Below are positions 62,701 through 64,000 of a stretch of 64,000 nt of DNA, in pieces. The DNA is from Eledone cirrhosa (Eukaryota). Position numbers and translations under genes: made by a program. The notes beneath the pieces are model-generated. The model had not been told where the DNA came from. It saw only the letters and a program-made list of their open reading frames with translations, and searched no databases. The DNA is taken from positions 126,976,001 through 127,040,000 of the forward strand of contig OZ024744.1 in assembly GCA_964016885.1 (NCBI GenBank), given 5' to 3'. Within the stretch, counting starts at the first letter, position 1; every line of letters starts with the position of its first letter.

Positions 62701-64000
62701 TTAAGTTGGGGTTAATTTAAGTTGGGGTTAAGTTAAGTTGGGGTTAAGATAAGTTGGGGTTAAGTTAAGTTGGGGTTAAGTTAAGTTGGGGTTGAGTTAA
62801 TTTGGGGTTAAGTTAAGTTGGGGTTAACTTAAGTTGGGGTTAAGTTGGGGTTAAGTTAAGTTGGGGTTAAGTTAAGTTGGGGGTAGGTTAAGTTGGGGGC
62901 AATTTAAGTTGAGGTTAAGTTAAGTTGGGGTTAAGTTAAGTTGGGGTTAAGTTAAGTTGGGGTTAAGGTAAGTTGGGGTTAAGTTAAGTTAGGGTTAATT
63001 TCAGTTGGGGTTTTGTTAAGTTGGGGTTAAGTTAAGTTGGGGTTAAGTTAAAGTTGGGGTTAAGTTAAGTTGGGGTTAAGTTAAGTTAGGGGTAATTTCA
63101 GTTGGGGTTATGTTAAGTTGGGGTTAAGTTAAGTTGGGGTTAAGTTAAGTTGGGGGTAAGTTAAGTGGGGTGTAAGTTAAGTTGGGGTTAAGTTAAGTTG
63201 GGTTTCAGTTCAGTTGGGGTTAAGTTAAGTTGGGGTTAAGTTAAGCTGGGGGTAAGTTAAGTTGGGTGTAAGTTAAGTTGGGGTTAAGTTAAGTTGGGGT
63301 TAAGTTAAGTTGGGGGTTAGTTAAGTTGGGGGCAAGTTAAGTTGGGGTTAATTTAAGTTGGGGTTAAGTTAAGTTGGGGTTATGTTAAGTTGGGGTTAAG
63401 TTAAGTTGGGGGTAAGTTAAGTTGAGGGTAAGTTAAGTTGGGGTTAAGTTAAGTTGGGGTTAAATTAAGTTGGGGGTAAGTTAAGTTGGGGGTAAGTTAA
63501 GTTGGGGTTAAGTTAAGTTGGGGTTAAATTAAGTTGAGGTTAAGTTAAGTTGGGGTTAAGTTAAATTGGGGTTAATTTAAGTTGGGGGTAAGATAAGTTG
63601 GGGCTAAGTTAAGTTGGGGCTAAGTCAAGTTGGGGTTAAGTCAAGTTGAGGTTGAGTTAAGTTGGGGTTAAGTTAAGTTGGGATTAAGTTAAGTTGGGGT
63701 TAAGTTAAGTTCGGCTTGAGTTAAGTTGGGGTTAAGTTAAGTTGGGGTTAATTTAAGTTGGGGTTAAGTTAAGTTGGGGTTAAGATAAGTTGGGGCTGAG
63801 TTAAGTTGGGGTTAAGTTAAGTTGGGGTTATGTTAAGTTGGGGTTAAGTTGGGGCTAAGTTAAGTTGGGGCTGAGTTAAGTTGGGGTTAAGTTAAGTTGG
63901 GGTTGAGTTAAGTTGGGGTTAAGTTAAGTTGGGATTAAGTTAAGTTGGGGTTAAGTTAAGTTCGGCTTGAGTTAAGTTGGGGTTAAGTTAAGTTGGGGTT

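Larger units (their letters stand above)
1..64000 (+). repeat. Tandem satellite array, 16-bp monomer GGGGTTAAGTTAAGTT (reverse complement AACTTAACTTAACCCC), about 4,000 copies, running off both window ends
   Basis: Every line of the window is the 16-mer or a variant with 1-3 substitutions or a small indel (11-, 15-, 17-bp forms). No inversion or non-repeat DNA seen. Consensus composition is 6 G, 6 T, 4 A, 0 C. Confidence 0.99.

Noticed and set aside
1-64000. Protein-coding ORFs
   Set aside because: The palindromic TTAA puts TAA stops on both strands, and the 16-bp period cycles them through all frames. Even under a TAA-reassigned code, the frequent non-triplet indels and trivial complexity give no support for coding.
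1-64000. CRISPR array or other repeat-spacer system
   Set aside because: There are no unique spacers, monomers abut directly, and there are no cas genes or leader.
1-64000. Canonical telomerase-synthesised telomere tract
   Set aside because: There are no tandem runs of TTAGGG, TTAGG or TTGGGG alone, and the kb-scale copied variant patterns argue against direct templated synthesis.
1-64000. Variants as random sequencing error
   Set aside because: Rare variants recur in identical order in duplicated blocks, so most are real. Singletons could still be errors.
1-64000. Variant order as an information-bearing code or synthetic construct
   Set aside because: The patterns are adequately explained by point mutation plus nested duplication, and there is no fixed-length framing.

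Overview
The whole 64 kb window is one uninterrupted, same-orientation tandem satellite array. The monomer is 16 bp (consensus GGGGTTAAGTTAAGTT = GTTGGG+GTTAA+GTTAA), with about 4,000 copies. I see no unique flanking DNA, genes, RNA genes, transposons or CRISPR spacers. The + strand is G/T-rich and almost C-free, and the monomer looks telomere-like (TTGGGG plus two TTAAG pentamers). Variant monomers occur in reproducible orders. These reveal nested kb-scale duplications (offsets read from marker variants: about 10,592, 2,633, 2,104, 3,257/3,273, 5,155, 6,602, 4,920/4,936, 3,718, 3,152 and 1,441 bp), an irregular ~1.4-2 kb higher-order unit in the right half, and a left-to-right turnover of diagnostic variants near 23-26 kb. 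The best reading is a eukaryotic satellite maintained by recombination, either subtelomeric, centromeric or interstitial telomere-like. The organism and chromosomal location cannot be determined from this window. Duplication boundaries are approximate because they were read by eye.
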